DNA of 55,149 nucleotides from a virus (taxonomy: Duplodnaviria > Caudoviricetes). Within the stretch, counting starts at the first letter, position 1. Each line of letters begins with the position of its first letter. The notes beneath the pieces are model-generated. The model worked only from the letters and a program-made list of their open reading frames with translations, did not search any database and was not told the origin of the DNA. The position numbers were made by a program, and so were the translations under genes. Shown piece by piece: positions 12,301 to 22,500 of the stretch. The stretch lies in IMG/VR virus record IMGVR_UViG_3300037149_000085, positions 1 to 55,149 of that record; one strand, given 5' to 3'.

Positions 12301-12565
12301 CTCCGATGGCGTTGCCTTGACCGCATCCACAGCAGCCGGGGCTAGTGTTAGTGTGGCCACTCAGTATGGAGTTGTGTACACAGCAACAGGGGCGAACTTC
12401 ACTACAGGTGGGTTGCTCTACGCTACGGTCGGTGGGGCTTTGACTCAGGACTTCAGCAACTTGACGACTTCGGTACAGTGGGTTGTTTGTGTGGGCAAGG
12501 CCTTGTCTCCCACCACATTCCTGTATGAACCACAAGTGCCGACTCGAATAATTGTTGGATTCTAA
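9380..12565 (+). CDS. Virion structural protein (helical N-terminus, C1q-like and beta-rich C-terminal domains)
   Basis: 1061-aa ORF in the tail operon; VTFDTVDFD..FTIQTAGNYAVTG C1q-like pattern near the C-terminus. Confidence 0.5.
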   Translation: MSSAINPITGAISSATSLLTNTLTSTNGIINTASGTSGAATPISDLNDKLMYPIRCKGNLTLVRDVQKFNPLGDPTIETYYHKALEAGRFSEKSIADAQHFLQQKQALLMKHIEGYFHMNSLAVDGQLSDKPRAFKYVIDSINILKTVQAYQKEIIGLVGALTKNIGILSMIEQNMLGVIQQNLNSIAMLMNEICNWCLPKNISLPNILGAGLWRFNGFNFPLSAFKPNLKFDLNFAFSSCKLSAPSVSLGQSCPSSVVISGLSYGSAPFAPPLGGVMPTADQLSDPTFVASLLAPSTSAPVYNPSTNPAVLLMGSVPNPVAIISNYSMPPATYAENIVSILPSTQPLVSDVAPTAATYADLRKLLVQNVTLNAVVASEFEPVLTSTWLLYINSCRTGREGQWLQEFQASYDQWLQPAITELAQTPVPWNNVVDGTGTVAGPRSTLLGSLLLPMSIGDQGAILWKLSYIEAAVLGYPRSTAWDAYSDSRYISSFTQQDLDYSTTVLTSATASISLGANEATYPVTCTYPTAIGNVLQQVIAMADKNIQANSSWKSSQAQLRYTYNQFAEAVEVDRFSQFWREFNSNLATLLVQDPYVVGFVVSYPASLDSAIDPLGDSSIYNRIQTDAATRNRSWTPGTPLLPIPTAPYLTSNAISSYICLQGNTDEAPTNTQYWRPFTPADDASLFNWVGIWGASGVYNVNDAVYYTPTGWTVNQGEYNFDPATFLLRPDVQSLSIPTQMAMLDTNQTYASLLLQQNNISTVVQNAIATSQQQLATFQSFGFGVELDGNPFLVPVGNGIPVTFDTVDFDLTGNVTSLSQFTIQTAGNYAVTGALNWDIGDTGTRSVIVLNGTTVMASASLTGAGPETLSFSANYYCNQGDVITVVASHSLSVGQQVIAGSAFSMMQVSTTADTPVPAQDNTPAPSSGSTTATFTSSEAFPALTVVGVSSTGTIAPIDPTTVQFDSNGNAVYPFSDGVALTASTAAGASVSVATQYGVVYTATGANFTTGGLLYATVGGALTQDFSNLTTSVQWVVCVGKALSPTTFLYEPQVPTRIIVGF

Positions 12566-12623
12566 AATTTCTCTCTTTGTATTTGTATCAAGGTGTATAC
12601 TTAAAAAACGGGAGGAGGGTCAA

Positions 12624-13715
12624 ATGCTAAAGACATACAAATACAAGTTAGAACCAAACAAGCAACAGCGATACGCACTTGCCCGCACTCTCGATGTGTG
12701 CCGCGAGTTGTACAATGATGCCCTCTATGAGCGCAAGATGCACCGAGTTAGTTGTTACGATCAGTGTAAAGAATTGCCAGCACTCAAGGCTGCTTTTCCT
12801 GTTCACAAGAATGTCTACTCGCAAGTGTTGCAATCAGTACTGGATAAACTGGATAAGTCATTCAAGAACTTCTTTCGCTCTGGCTTCGGCTTTCCGAGAT
12901 TCAAGAGTGCTCGACGCTTTGACTCATTCACATATCCGCAAAGTGGATTTGAACTATCAGGTAAGCAACTGTCGCTGTCGAAGATTGGCAACATTCGCGT
13001 GCATCTCAGTCGTAAACCCCCTGCCGACGCCGTAGTCAAAACCTGCACCGTAAAGCGCTCTGTCAACGGATGGTTTGCAACACTCGTATTTGAGTACACA
13101 GCACAACCCCTCCCCGCGTCAGACTTGGCTGTCGGCATCGACGTTGGTGTCACGACCTTCGCAACGTTCTCTGACAGCACTGAGATACAGAACCCTCGAA
13201 TCTACCAGAATGCGCAAGCAGAACTGCGTGTGGCCCAACGTCGTGTTGCTCGACGTGTCAAAGGCAGCAACCGAAGACGCAAAGCAGTCATACTGCTTAA
13301 GAAGTTGCACGAGCGCATTGCGAACTCTCGTAAGGATTTCCTGCATAAGCACTCGACCGCTGTCATCAGAAAGTACGGAACAATCGTAGTCGAAGCACTG
13401 AACGTTTCAGGAATGTCACGCGGCACCCTTGCTAAACAGATACTAGATTGCAGTTGGTCGGAGTGGTTTAGACAGTTGACGTACAAAGCGGAAGATGCTG
13501 GTCGCCAGTTCACTGCCGTAGACCCGAAGTACACAAGTCAAACTTGTCCTAAGTGTAGTTTCGTCAGTCGTGAGAATCGCAAGACGCAAGCAGACTTCGT
13601 TTGCATCTCTTGCGGATACTCAGCGAATGCCGACTACGTTGGGTCAGTCAACATATTGGCTCGGACAGAGCCATCAGGCGCTAACGTCGGGAGATTAAGC
13701 CCATGCGTAGCCTGA
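12624..13715 (+). CDS. tnpB: IS200/IS605-family TnpB RNA-guided endonuclease (orphan, no tnpA)
   Basis: MLKTYKYKL..ELYN N-terminal HTH; RuvC I GIDVG, II VVEAL, III NADY; CPKC/CISC zinc ribbon; SD GGAGGAGG before the ATG at 12624. Confidence 0.95.
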   Translation: MLKTYKYKLEPNKQQRYALARTLDVCRELYNDALYERKMHRVSCYDQCKELPALKAAFPVHKNVYSQVLQSVLDKLDKSFKNFFRSGFGFPRFKSARRFDSFTYPQSGFELSGKQLSLSKIGNIRVHLSRKPPADAVVKTCTVKRSVNGWFATLVFEYTAQPLPASDLAVGIDVGVTTFATFSDSTEIQNPRIYQNAQAELRVAQRRVARRVKGSNRRRKAVILLKKLHERIANSRKDFLHKHSTAVIRKYGTIVVEALNVSGMSRGTLAKQILDCSWSEWFRQLTYKAEDAGRQFTAVDPKYTSQTCPKCSFVSRENRKTQADFVCISCGYSANADYVGSVNILARTEPSGANVGRLSPCVA

Positions 13716-13805
13716 GAAGTGTCCCGCACACATTGGTCGCCGCGAGGCGACTAGAATCTCCGCTATTTTTAGGGCGGGGGAGTGTCACCGATGCTCTAAG
13801 AAAGC
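13650..13805 (+). ncRNA. Putative omegaRNA/right end of the first TnpB, with guide after TCAC
   Basis: Hairpin GTCGCC-GCGA-GGCGAC, then GAAT-CTCCGC..GCGGGGGAGTGTCAC (TCAC at 13785-13788), typical of IS605/IS1341 right ends; 5' boundary approximate. Confidence 0.65.
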
Positions 13806-13937
13806 TAACTGCTCGCGTTTTCAGTTACATACAAAAATAGTCTCGGTCGTGGTATTATACAGAGTGCCTTAAATTGAAAGGAGTACGCACGCACAAGCGC
13901 CAACCACACCCGGCGAGACTTCGCCAAGGAGATTGTT

Positions 13938-14513
13938 ATGACAAAGATCACACTTTTAGCAGTAGTATTAGTCGCAATTACATTAGGGTTTCCGGCTCAT
14001 AGGTTGATGCAGAAGAATAGAGCGCTAACCCACCAACTAGAACAGAAGGACAAACAGCTCAATCAGGTGCAGGTTGAGCTGATGCAAGTGAAGCACCTTC
14101 TAGAGACCTCGGAGCAGAAGCTCGGATATCTAGCGGCTCATAAGACTCCGGTGCAGGTCACTGCTTTTTGCAAGCAGCCACACTCTAATCGATTCGCGAA
14201 CGGACACAATGTTCATTCCGCTTATGCTGTTAAGAAGCGTACTCTTCCCGACGACGTCATCGTAAACGTCGCCCTCTCCCCTACTACTCAGCGGAGACTG
14301 AATGCACGGATGGGGGATTTGATCGTGATCATGGATAAGAATGGACATCGGAAGACTGTTGCCCGGTTTGTGGATACTACATTTGCCGGAGAGTCTCGTG
14401 CGGTTATCGACGTGTACTTCGCCAATCCCGAGAACGCTCGTCACTGGGGTCGAAAAGACGGGTATTACGCCGTAAATATTTCAGGAAAGGCGTCCCCATT
14501 CAGGGTGAACTGA
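13938..14513 (+). CDS. Membrane-anchored 3D/RlpA-like domain protein (putative cell-wall lytic or binding)
   Basis: N-terminal TM helix, coiled coil, then VTAF..VALSP..VDT..IDVYF..ARHWG pattern of 3D domains; SD AAGGAG. Confidence 0.6.
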   Translation: MTKITLLAVVLVAITLGFPAHRLMQKNRALTHQLEQKDKQLNQVQVELMQVKHLLETSEQKLGYLAAHKTPVQVTAFCKQPHSNRFANGHNVHSAYAVKKRTLPDDVIVNVALSPTTQRRLNARMGDLIVIMDKNGHRKTVARFVDTTFAGESRAVIDVYFANPENARHWGRKDGYYAVNISGKASPFRVN

Positions 14514-14525
14514 GTATTAGGTAAC

Positions 14526-14759
14526 ATGAAAATCATTTCACTAAACGACGACTTGTACGATTACCTAGGGTTGGTGGTTAAGCGGTACGCAGGCGGGGGT
14601 ATAGACCCGGATGAAGGTTTGGGCCTTTACCATCTATGGCAAGCGCTTAAAGGCGCGGTCGATACGGCAGAGCTCCTCCCTCAAAGAGAGAACTCGATGA
14701 AGCAGGAAGAGGGGGACTCGGAACCTATCACTGCCAAGTCCCCGTCCGGAGCTGTGTAG
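14526..14759 (+). CDS. Hypothetical protein
   Basis: 77-aa ORF preceded by the AGTATTAG-N5-ATG motif; 3' end overlaps the convergent lysozyme gene. Confidence 0.55.
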   Translation: MKIISLNDDLYDYLGLVVKRYAGGGIDPDEGLGLYHLWQALKGAVDTAELLPQRENSMKQEEGDSEPITAKSPSGAV

Positions 14760-15183
14760 CCAGCCTAGTTGCCCTATCTCCAACTTCAGTTGCCCATTTA
14801 CTGTCAAGTAATTGGGCGGCGGCAGCCGCATACTGGCCTTCTTTTATGAAGTCCAGTGTGTGGGTGAACGCCAACAACCCTGATTTGCTGGGGATTCCTA
14901 TACCCATATTGAAAACTAGGTTTGTTATGACCCCTCTATACACATCGGGGAGCGCTAGTGCCCATGGCAGGTGTGTTGTGATTTCAGCCGTTGCGTGCGC
15001 GATGTCAGCCGTCAGGAAAGCCTCAGCTTGTGCCAGTGTAATGGGAACTAATGCCCCTCCGTCATCGGTTAAATTATGACCCCACCCTACCGTGATGCGC
15101 GGGGGCGTTGCCGTGTCCTTATACGGAACCAATCTCAGGCCTTCGTCCCTACGTAGCTGATCGTTAATGTTAGAAATTTTCAT
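14728..15183 (-). CDS. T4-type lysozyme (GH24 endolysin)
   Basis: DEG.RL.PYKDT..TVGWGH catalytic pattern; FNMG, LLDSKWA and RATRL motifs; SD AGGAG. Confidence 0.92.
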   Translation of the reverse strand: MKISNINDQLRRDEGLRLVPYKDTATPPRITVGWGHNLTDDGGALVPITLAQAEAFLTADIAHATAEITTHLPWALALPDVYRGVITNLVFNMGIGIPSKSGLLAFTHTLDFIKEGQYAAAAAQLLDSKWATEVGDRATRLATQLRTGTWQ

Positions 15184-15200
15184 ACAATTCTCCTAAAGTT

Positions 15201-15698
15201 TTATCCCGGGGGTAATGCACTGGTTGAATATATTTGATCCGTCGAAAAATCGAGGGTAATAACCAAGCTGGTCTGTATTGCACTCCCTGCCTCGGGGGTG
15301 TATATAACCGATAACTTCCCATTTGCGTAGGTAAGCCCACTAGGGGTATACCCAGCCAGCAGCCCACTATTGTTTCCCCCAAGAGCTAGCCCATCGGACA
15401 CCAACGCCTGCATCCAAAGGTTTAGAGCGGGGGTGGTTTCATCAAGAATCACTAGTGATACTTCGGACAAAAGAACGAGGCAAGCCGCAGGGAACGTCTG
15501 GGAGCTACCCCGATAGGTTCCGAATGCTTCGCTGTACCATGAGGCTGGGGAATCCCCTGTGGGCTCCCCATCGAGATACTTCTGTCCGTCTGCCGCAAAC
15601 CCGGTGTGGTTTCCTAGCGGGTAGAAAAATGAGTCGGCAGGGTTTGGCGAGATTACGAGGGTAGAGATTATTGATTGATTGAGATACGAGTACGCCAT
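15201..15698 (-). CDS. Hypothetical (possibly structural) protein
   Basis: ORF with SD GGGGAG before the ATG at 15698; co-oriented upstream of the lysozyme. Confidence 0.7.
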   Translation of the reverse strand: MAYSYLNQSIISTLVISPNPADSFFYPLGNHTGFAADGQKYLDGEPTGDSPASWYSEAFGTYRGSSQTFPAACLVLLSEVSLVILDETTPALNLWMQALVSDGLALGGNNSGLLAGYTPSGLTYANGKLSVIYTPEAGSAIQTSLVITLDFSTDQIYSTSALPPG

Positions 15699-15787
15699 TG
15701 AGACTCCCCTATAAAGGGGGTGTATAGACAAAACGCAGGCGCTGTAATGAAAACTGACTATCTAATTCGTTAGAGAGGTCAAGACCT

Positions 15788-18700
15788 GTGATTCAATACG
15801 AAAATACTTCGCGTACGCTGGACGCCACCGGGAAAAGCCTTCTCGGACTTATCTATCTTCATGATCAGGAAGCTGCAGACTGCGACCTTAATCTTTCGAG
15901 TGCAATACAAACTCTTGCTCGTCAGCGGCTGTTGAATGACCAAGTAACTTCCGGATGTTTGACTTACAGCCCTATGGTTTTTAACACATCAGTAGAAAAC
16001 ACGTTCACAATTCCCTCGTTTGACGTCCTATTTAACGGCGAGGTAGTGACTATTACCGGAAGCCAGTCCACAGACTTAACTTTGAACCGGATTATTATTC
16101 CTCCCCCCTCGATGTATTTACCCGAGACCCCCGCTAGTCTCTACGTTGTATTCCTCGAAATTTGGTATCAAAACCTTGACCCTACGACTGGGCAGGGGTA
16201 CTACACTGACCCAGTATCCGGTGCACTTTATTACTTTCCATACGGGGGTGTCAGCCCAGACCCTTCAGCATTTACAGGCACTACATGGGACGACGATTCA
16301 TTATCGTTAGACGCAAACAACCAATCCGTGTACACCACTGCCCGGGCTCAAATACAGTGGAGATTGAATGTGCAGGAAGTTGCCCTCACCTACGATTTCA
16401 CGAAGTACCAATACGGTATTGATCCCGGCGCTATTCCTACAGAGATTGTTTATGCACAGGCAGCTTTACCCACGGCTACGCTTGGGATGTCTCCCCTTAA
16501 TGGAGACCCCACTTATCAATTCATTAATATGGGTACTGTGACAGGGGATACCGGATTATGGCAAGCCGGAGATGGGAATGTTAATAATTCTCTAGGCACA
16601 ATGGATGGTTACTCTTATGCCATGCCAATTGCGGTGGTTTTTCAAAAGAATTCTGGGGCATTCGATCTTTCAACTAACATTTTCGGCTGCGCCGACGCTC
16701 AAAGCTCCACTCCTACCGGATTGATTGCATACGGAGTGTCCGGAAGGTTTGACTCAAAACTTGCTGACCAGATTTTTGCCGATGATGTTGTGGATACTAG
16801 ACAGACGGTGCAATTAGATGGCTGGGACTACGATAAACTTGTAAGAGATGGGTTCTCCGATCTTGTGCTAGGTAACAGTCGAAACAAGATAGCCAGAGGC
16901 GAGGCCCCCGGTATGAATTCAACAGCGCTGGGATCAATCCTTGATTATTACGTAAGTGTCGCTCCCGTTAATACCTCGGGAGGGGTTGATATTGTCGGTA
17001 CATGGGATGGGTTTGCAAATGGCTTTAGTTCTGATGCTCGTTCTTATACAGTGTCAAAACGAGTAGTCACTACACAGAAGACTACGGGCATTATTGGGGG
17101 CAACTGGGCACAAGGAGATACCTTTATCGTCGCCCTGCCTGTATCTTCCTCCGCAGCGATTACTTCGTTGAGTATCCAAGCGTTAGTTAGCAGATTAGGG
17201 GGTGGGGTAACCCCCGTGACTATTCTTCCGGGACAGGTGACCATCACAGGATTGGGGACAACATCGGTTGCCGTAAACTTGTCATCCAACTTGACCAACA
17301 CCCCCTTTGATCCGGGATCGAATCCAATCTATGTTGCATTGACCGTACAATATCCCGCAGGAACGGGAATTGATCTAAGGAAGACCCTAATATCAGTCCA
17401 AGGAGGGGTACTTACAGACTCAACTTTAGGGCAAGGCATTCCGATTTTCGGGGTCTCAGAGTACGCGGTTCAGTCCGACCATAAACCTACACAGGCGTTG
17501 CGGGTTACCAGCATCAATCCCAAGTACTCCGATACTTTTCTAGGGACTAAAATTTGGGTTACAGTTGCGGGGGCACTCGGGGTTTCCATTACAACAGGAG
17601 GGGTTACTCTAACCACGTTCTCAATAGACAGAACTGGAGGAGGAAACGGACTAGATAACGGGATTAACGGGTTTTACCCCACCCATGTTTGGGACTATGC
17701 AACGGGAGCACAGTACACGATTTATAAGTGTGCGATGAACGCAAGTCAGTGCGTCATTACCCTTCAAGGCGGAGTTCCTACAACTTCTACGTTAGTGATG
17801 AGTTTCCTTGCTCAAGGGACCGCCCAGCTCGCATACAATGCCCCAGTACGAGGCGTGACGGAAATTGAAGAGACAGTGTTGTTCGGAAATTACACGGGAA
17901 CTACTCAGTTCCCGATGGACACTCGCGTTACTGTTCCCTCGGTTAGCTATGATCCTTTGTCTAACTCATCTACTGTGGTTCTAGCGGCTACCGAATGTGT
18001 TATCAAAGGAATCTCAGGTAACAACATCAACAAATACATCTGGCTGTCGGATAGTGTGGGTAACTTAACCTGCTGCCCCGTTGCCCAACCTAATTTCAGC
18101 GGTGGGGTGGTGTCGGTAGTAGTTCCGGGGGTCAATTTAATCCCTTCTACGGGTGCGATTAATTTCCTGTTTTGCGGTTCCATTCTTCCCGCACTTTCTG
18201 CCGCGTCTTCGCTGGTGATTCAAGAACAGTATGTTCCCTACCAAGGTGTAGGTGTATCGGGTCGGGATTATGAAGTGGTTCATACCGAAGACAATGCTCT
18301 TATTACTACAAATGGGACAGGGGCCGCGCCCGTTCCCGGGATTTCCGATGTTTATCCCTACAACCGAGAACTGCCTATTGTCACCATGCTGCCTGCACAA
18401 GTCACGTGGCAGGATTCTACATTGACCAATTCCCCGTTGTCCACATATTTTGATTCTAACTATGTGGCAATGAGAATGAGTAACGTTGAGCACACATTCT
18501 TAGCGCCACTTCATGTGAATGATTTTATTCAGCCAATTACTCGCGATATCAAGAAATCTATACGGTTGGTGACTGAGGGGGGTAATCGAGGATTTTCTAT
18601 TGCCACTCCACACGTTGGTTTTGCCATTGCTCCTCCAGCACTACGCTCGGTGCTGGGACAGAACCTTCAAGCCACTACGACACCAGTGACGCTGTACGTG

Positions 18701-19588
18701 GATAACGTGAATGGCAACGATACATACGACGGTGCAAGCAGCCAAACAGCCAAGGCAAGTTTTATGGCCGCAGTGAACGCTCTGCCTAGTGCTCTTCTAC
18801 ACCCTTGTGCTATTCGTATAAGGAACACTGGGGTTGCTTACTCTCTTACTAATCTTCAAACTATAGCATTAGGAGATGGGGCGATTCAACCGTTGAAATA
18901 TTATGCGTTGGCTAATATAGCTTTTACTATTCAACAAGAAGGGCGCTTGATTATTACTAGGGACACGGATAGTTCCGAGGGAACAGTGACGATTGACGCA
19001 ACTGGGTTTGCGGGGTTTGGAGATGGACAAACAACAGCGTTTTTCATTAATGACAGCAGAGTGTTGTTCAATGGAATTCAATTCAAAGGGTTCTCCACTG
19101 CTACAACCTCCACTGCAGTCACAGCAATTGATTCAGATGTAGAGTTTATCTCATGCTCATGGGTGGGAAACTTGCAAGCGGGGGCGTTTGAAGAAGGTTC
19201 GGGGGTCATCATTTCCAACAGCGCTATTACCCTCTCCGATAATACTAACGGTATTGTAGTGTCTCAGTCTTCTCTGACTGTCTCTAACACACAGTTAGAG
19301 GTCGATGCGGTAACTTCGATCCCGGGTGGATTTTTTGTTGGAGAGAGAAATTCTTCAGTTAGTTTACAAACCCATTCAGCCTCCGCTGAAATTAATGTGT
19401 CTAACTCTACAGTAATCGCAGAAGCTCAGTTCAATAGCAGTATTGAAGTAACAGGGGATTTTTCGTCCAACGGTATGGCAGCGCTGCAAGCTGCTTCAAC
19501 CCTTTCACGTACGATGAAGGTGACCCCGTTTGCGGGTGGCATTACATCTGATGCCTCATGTAGCGTGGTAACTCAATTGCAAGGTTAA
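15788..19588 (+). CDS. Large tail/baseplate structural protein with C-terminal beta-helix
   Basis: 1266 aa; VVFLEIWYQ..RAQIQWRL motif seen in large-phage tail proteins; LYVDNVNGNDTYDG followed by parallel beta-helix-like repeats. Confidence 0.6.
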   Translation: MIQYENTSRTLDATGKSLLGLIYLHDQEAADCDLNLSSAIQTLARQRLLNDQVTSGCLTYSPMVFNTSVENTFTIPSFDVLFNGEVVTITGSQSTDLTLNRIIIPPPSMYLPETPASLYVVFLEIWYQNLDPTTGQGYYTDPVSGALYYFPYGGVSPDPSAFTGTTWDDDSLSLDANNQSVYTTARAQIQWRLNVQEVALTYDFTKYQYGIDPGAIPTEIVYAQAALPTATLGMSPLNGDPTYQFINMGTVTGDTGLWQAGDGNVNNSLGTMDGYSYAMPIAVVFQKNSGAFDLSTNIFGCADAQSSTPTGLIAYGVSGRFDSKLADQIFADDVVDTRQTVQLDGWDYDKLVRDGFSDLVLGNSRNKIARGEAPGMNSTALGSILDYYVSVAPVNTSGGVDIVGTWDGFANGFSSDARSYTVSKRVVTTQKTTGIIGGNWAQGDTFIVALPVSSSAAITSLSIQALVSRLGGGVTPVTILPGQVTITGLGTTSVAVNLSSNLTNTPFDPGSNPIYVALTVQYPAGTGIDLRKTLISVQGGVLTDSTLGQGIPIFGVSEYAVQSDHKPTQALRVTSINPKYSDTFLGTKIWVTVAGALGVSITTGGVTLTTFSIDRTGGGNGLDNGINGFYPTHVWDYATGAQYTIYKCAMNASQCVITLQGGVPTTSTLVMSFLAQGTAQLAYNAPVRGVTEIEETVLFGNYTGTTQFPMDTRVTVPSVSYDPLSNSSTVVLAATECVIKGISGNNINKYIWLSDSVGNLTCCPVAQPNFSGGVVSVVVPGVNLIPSTGAINFLFCGSILPALSAASSLVIQEQYVPYQGVGVSGRDYEVVHTEDNALITTNGTGAAPVPGISDVYPYNRELPIVTMLPAQVTWQDSTLTNSPLSTYFDSNYVAMRMSNVEHTFLAPLHVNDFIQPITRDIKKSIRLVTEGGNRGFSIATPHVGFAIAPPALRSVLGQNLQATTTPVTLYVDNVNGNDTYDGASSQTAKASFMAAVNALPSALLHPCAIRIRNTGVAYSLTNLQTIALGDGAIQPLKYYALANIAFTIQQEGRLIITRDTDSSEGTVTIDATGFAGFGDGQTTAFFINDSRVLFNGIQFKGFSTATTSTAVTAIDSDVEFISCSWVGNLQAGAFEEGSGVIISNSAITLSDNTNGIVVSQSSLTVSNTQLEVDAVTSIPGGFFVGERNSSVSLQTHSASAEINVSNSTVIAEAQFNSSIEVTGDFSSNGMAALQAASTLSRTMKVTPFAGGITSDASCSVVTQLQG

Positions 19589-19591
19589 AAT

Positions 19592-22500
19592 ATGACGCTT
19601 TCGTTGCTAGGTACTTTTGTTAATTCCGTTAATTCTACTCTACCCTTGGCTCAAAATGCCAATGGGCTCGCCATCCGTGTAGCTACACAAGCCAGCGGAA
19701 CCCTCGGAAGTCTAACAGCGGTTACCCCGGTGTCGGCCCCTACGTGGACACTATCCAACAACCCCAGTTGGTTGACTCTTTCATCCACGGGTAATGATTG
19801 CATTCTAAGCTTTTCTAGCGCAGCGTATTCTCCGACTCCTTACGAATTTTATGTGACGTGTACAGATGGGGTGAGTACGGTGTTTTACCCCATCTTTATG
19901 GAGGTGCGAGACCCTTTCATTATCGCTCCGGTGGCTGTGAATGAGCCGAATTTGATGGTGAGCGGAAACTCTGTTTCTATTCAATCAAATGATAGTACGG
20001 TAGCTGATGTGCAGATTCGCGGGTACGGGGTGTTTAATACCCCGTTGAGCGGTGTGAATTTCATTCTCCCCTCAAACCTCCCGTCCGGGTTGAATTTTGT
20101 GACCTCAAACGGGGGTGATTTAGTTCTACGTGTTCAGCAACCATCAGAGTCTAACACTGTTGGAGGGCTCCAACTCTACTCAGGTGCCCCCGCTGCTACG
20201 ACAGTAACTATTCAGGCGTACCAACCCACTTCGTTTTACGATACACCTGCACGCGCCTATAATCTTACACTGACAGTAGGCTCCCTTGCCCAGAGCCAAG
20301 GTACGTTGGATTTTGGGTTAGGCGCTCAGTACAACAGTGCAAGCAATTACTTGGAGGTAGACGCTGACGTCGCCGTGTTAAACGGAGTTCTTCAGAACGG
20401 AGGAGCAGCAGTCTCCCTTCCGCTTCAATATATTTGGAGTAGTACGGGGCCACTTTCATTGGTGAGTTCTACCAGTACTCACGCTCTCTACTCAATCACC
20501 GGGTCAGCAGCAGCGGCAGTAACCCTGACAATTGAAGATGCCCACAGCAACCCAGTTTTGAATGGGTCAAAAACAGTAAACTTCCTAGCAGTCTCTCCCA
20601 GCAACACGAATTGGCTGTCGGGTGCGGTTAAAGTTCATATATCCGAGACCAACTCATTGGGAGCTCTAGTAGAAGCGAATGTTATTCAAGGGTATGCAGG
20701 TAGCGTCGTTCCGGTCACAGTCTCAGTGCATGCTGCTGATATTAATTCAGGGGAATCATTCACATTTACCCCTTCCGCAATTCCGATGTCATCCTTAGAG
20801 CCTGCGGGGAGTTTTTCCTTTTCTCCGGTTACGATCAACGCAACCCAACTGTCTCAGGTAGTAAACTTCACGATTCCTACTACTGCTGCATTAGGAACAA
20901 AGTGGGTGCTAGAGGTCGCTACCGCTGCGGGAGCAAGAGCGGGTAACGCTCAGGTTGTGGTAGAGAGTTTGGGAGCTCCAATTCTAACCATAGCCGTCCC
21001 GTCAAGCGTCACTATGAACACTGGGACTCCATTTACTACTCAGGCACTAGCCACGAACGGGACCTTAGCAGTGTCAAATGTGGTGTATGAGTTACAAGGA
21101 GCACCGGATGGTGTGACAATAAATGCGGCGGGTCAGATCACGTGTAATGTGTTAACCCCCGGAGTTTACTCATTTAGTGTGCTTGCTACGGCATCAGGGT
21201 ACGCTCGTAGTCAAAGTGCAGCCATTGCTTTGGTCGTTGTTGCGACTAATAGCCCCCTCTCGATCATGACGGCTTCATCTTCTTTATCCGCTGTGACCAG
21301 CAGTACGGTATTTCAGATTTCATGGGCCTCAACAGGAGTTGCCGACGCGTTATTTCTAGCACAGTATCCCTCCCCGTCTCCAGTAAGAATAGTTACAGGG
21401 GGGACATCAGCGAGTGTTCAGCAGGCAGCGACTTCGGTGTACGCAGTGTACGGCAGTAATTATTACGGGTATACATATTCGGTCCCACTTCTGTGCACCC
21501 TAAGTTCAATTCAACAAGGAGCCGCACTTCTCCCCTCCCCCACGATTGCCAGTATCGACGTTACAAATACACTCAGGGTGAATTGGATGCCTTATCCGGT
21601 TGATGGTGGGTATAGTATCTATCGTGGTTGGGATATTATATTAACTACAGGGGGAGTCACCACCACTACCTTGGTTGGAGGGGGAGCCCTATCAGCGTTA
21701 GCCGCTGCTTCTTACACCACAGTCGTGCCCTCGGGGGACTACATGATGGATATGGTCGCTTTATCCAGCAATCTAGTAGAGGCCCTGAATAGCCCGAACT
21801 GGGATAATCCCCATGCATTCCCCTCCGCGCTTCAGTCGTCATCTGTGCTGTTTTCTTCAGCTACAGTGCAGCTCGGCCAATCTTTCAATGTTTCCCTAAA
21901 TTCCTCCTACACGACGGCAGATATGTGGCGAGTGGACTTCCCGGATAACACTTCTACGGGGTGGATACCTGTAAGTAGTAGGACGGTGCCAAAGTCATTT
22001 GCTTCAGTTCCTCCTAGCACCACTGTGGTCGTTACAGTGCAAAAAAACTACGGCACAAATAATCCTCCAGTGTACCTTCAGAGATCAATCGAAGTTCCGA
22101 TTGTTGTTTCTCCCTCTCAGTACGTGTCCCCCACAGCAACTGAGGATACGTTAACAACCATGGAAGGAATGGGGGGCAACCAAGGGTTTGAAATTACAAG
22201 TTCAATTACAAGTACGGCTCCTCCGGAGCCATACGAGGTAATTGTTCGTATGCTTGTACGGGACACAGTGACCAACGAGCTGGTTTTAATGTTGCCGACG
22301 TCGCGTTATTCGAATGCTAGCTCCCTCGAAGGCACTATGGCGATTGATGTATTTCCAATTTACGGGCGTCCCCATGTTAAGGAGTTGATCAAACCCACAT
22401 TAGCTTTATCCACCAACTCCAACTCATCCATAATCCCGGTGAGTATTGAAACCATATCGCTACCTTCAAATTATTACATAGGCAAGCCAATTCCCTCTGC

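Noticed and set aside
13788-13800. Guide of the first TnpB resembles the reverse complement of 54160-54171 (CCGA-GCTCTAAG)
   Set aside because: The match is short and gapped, with no further pairing, and is compatible with chance.
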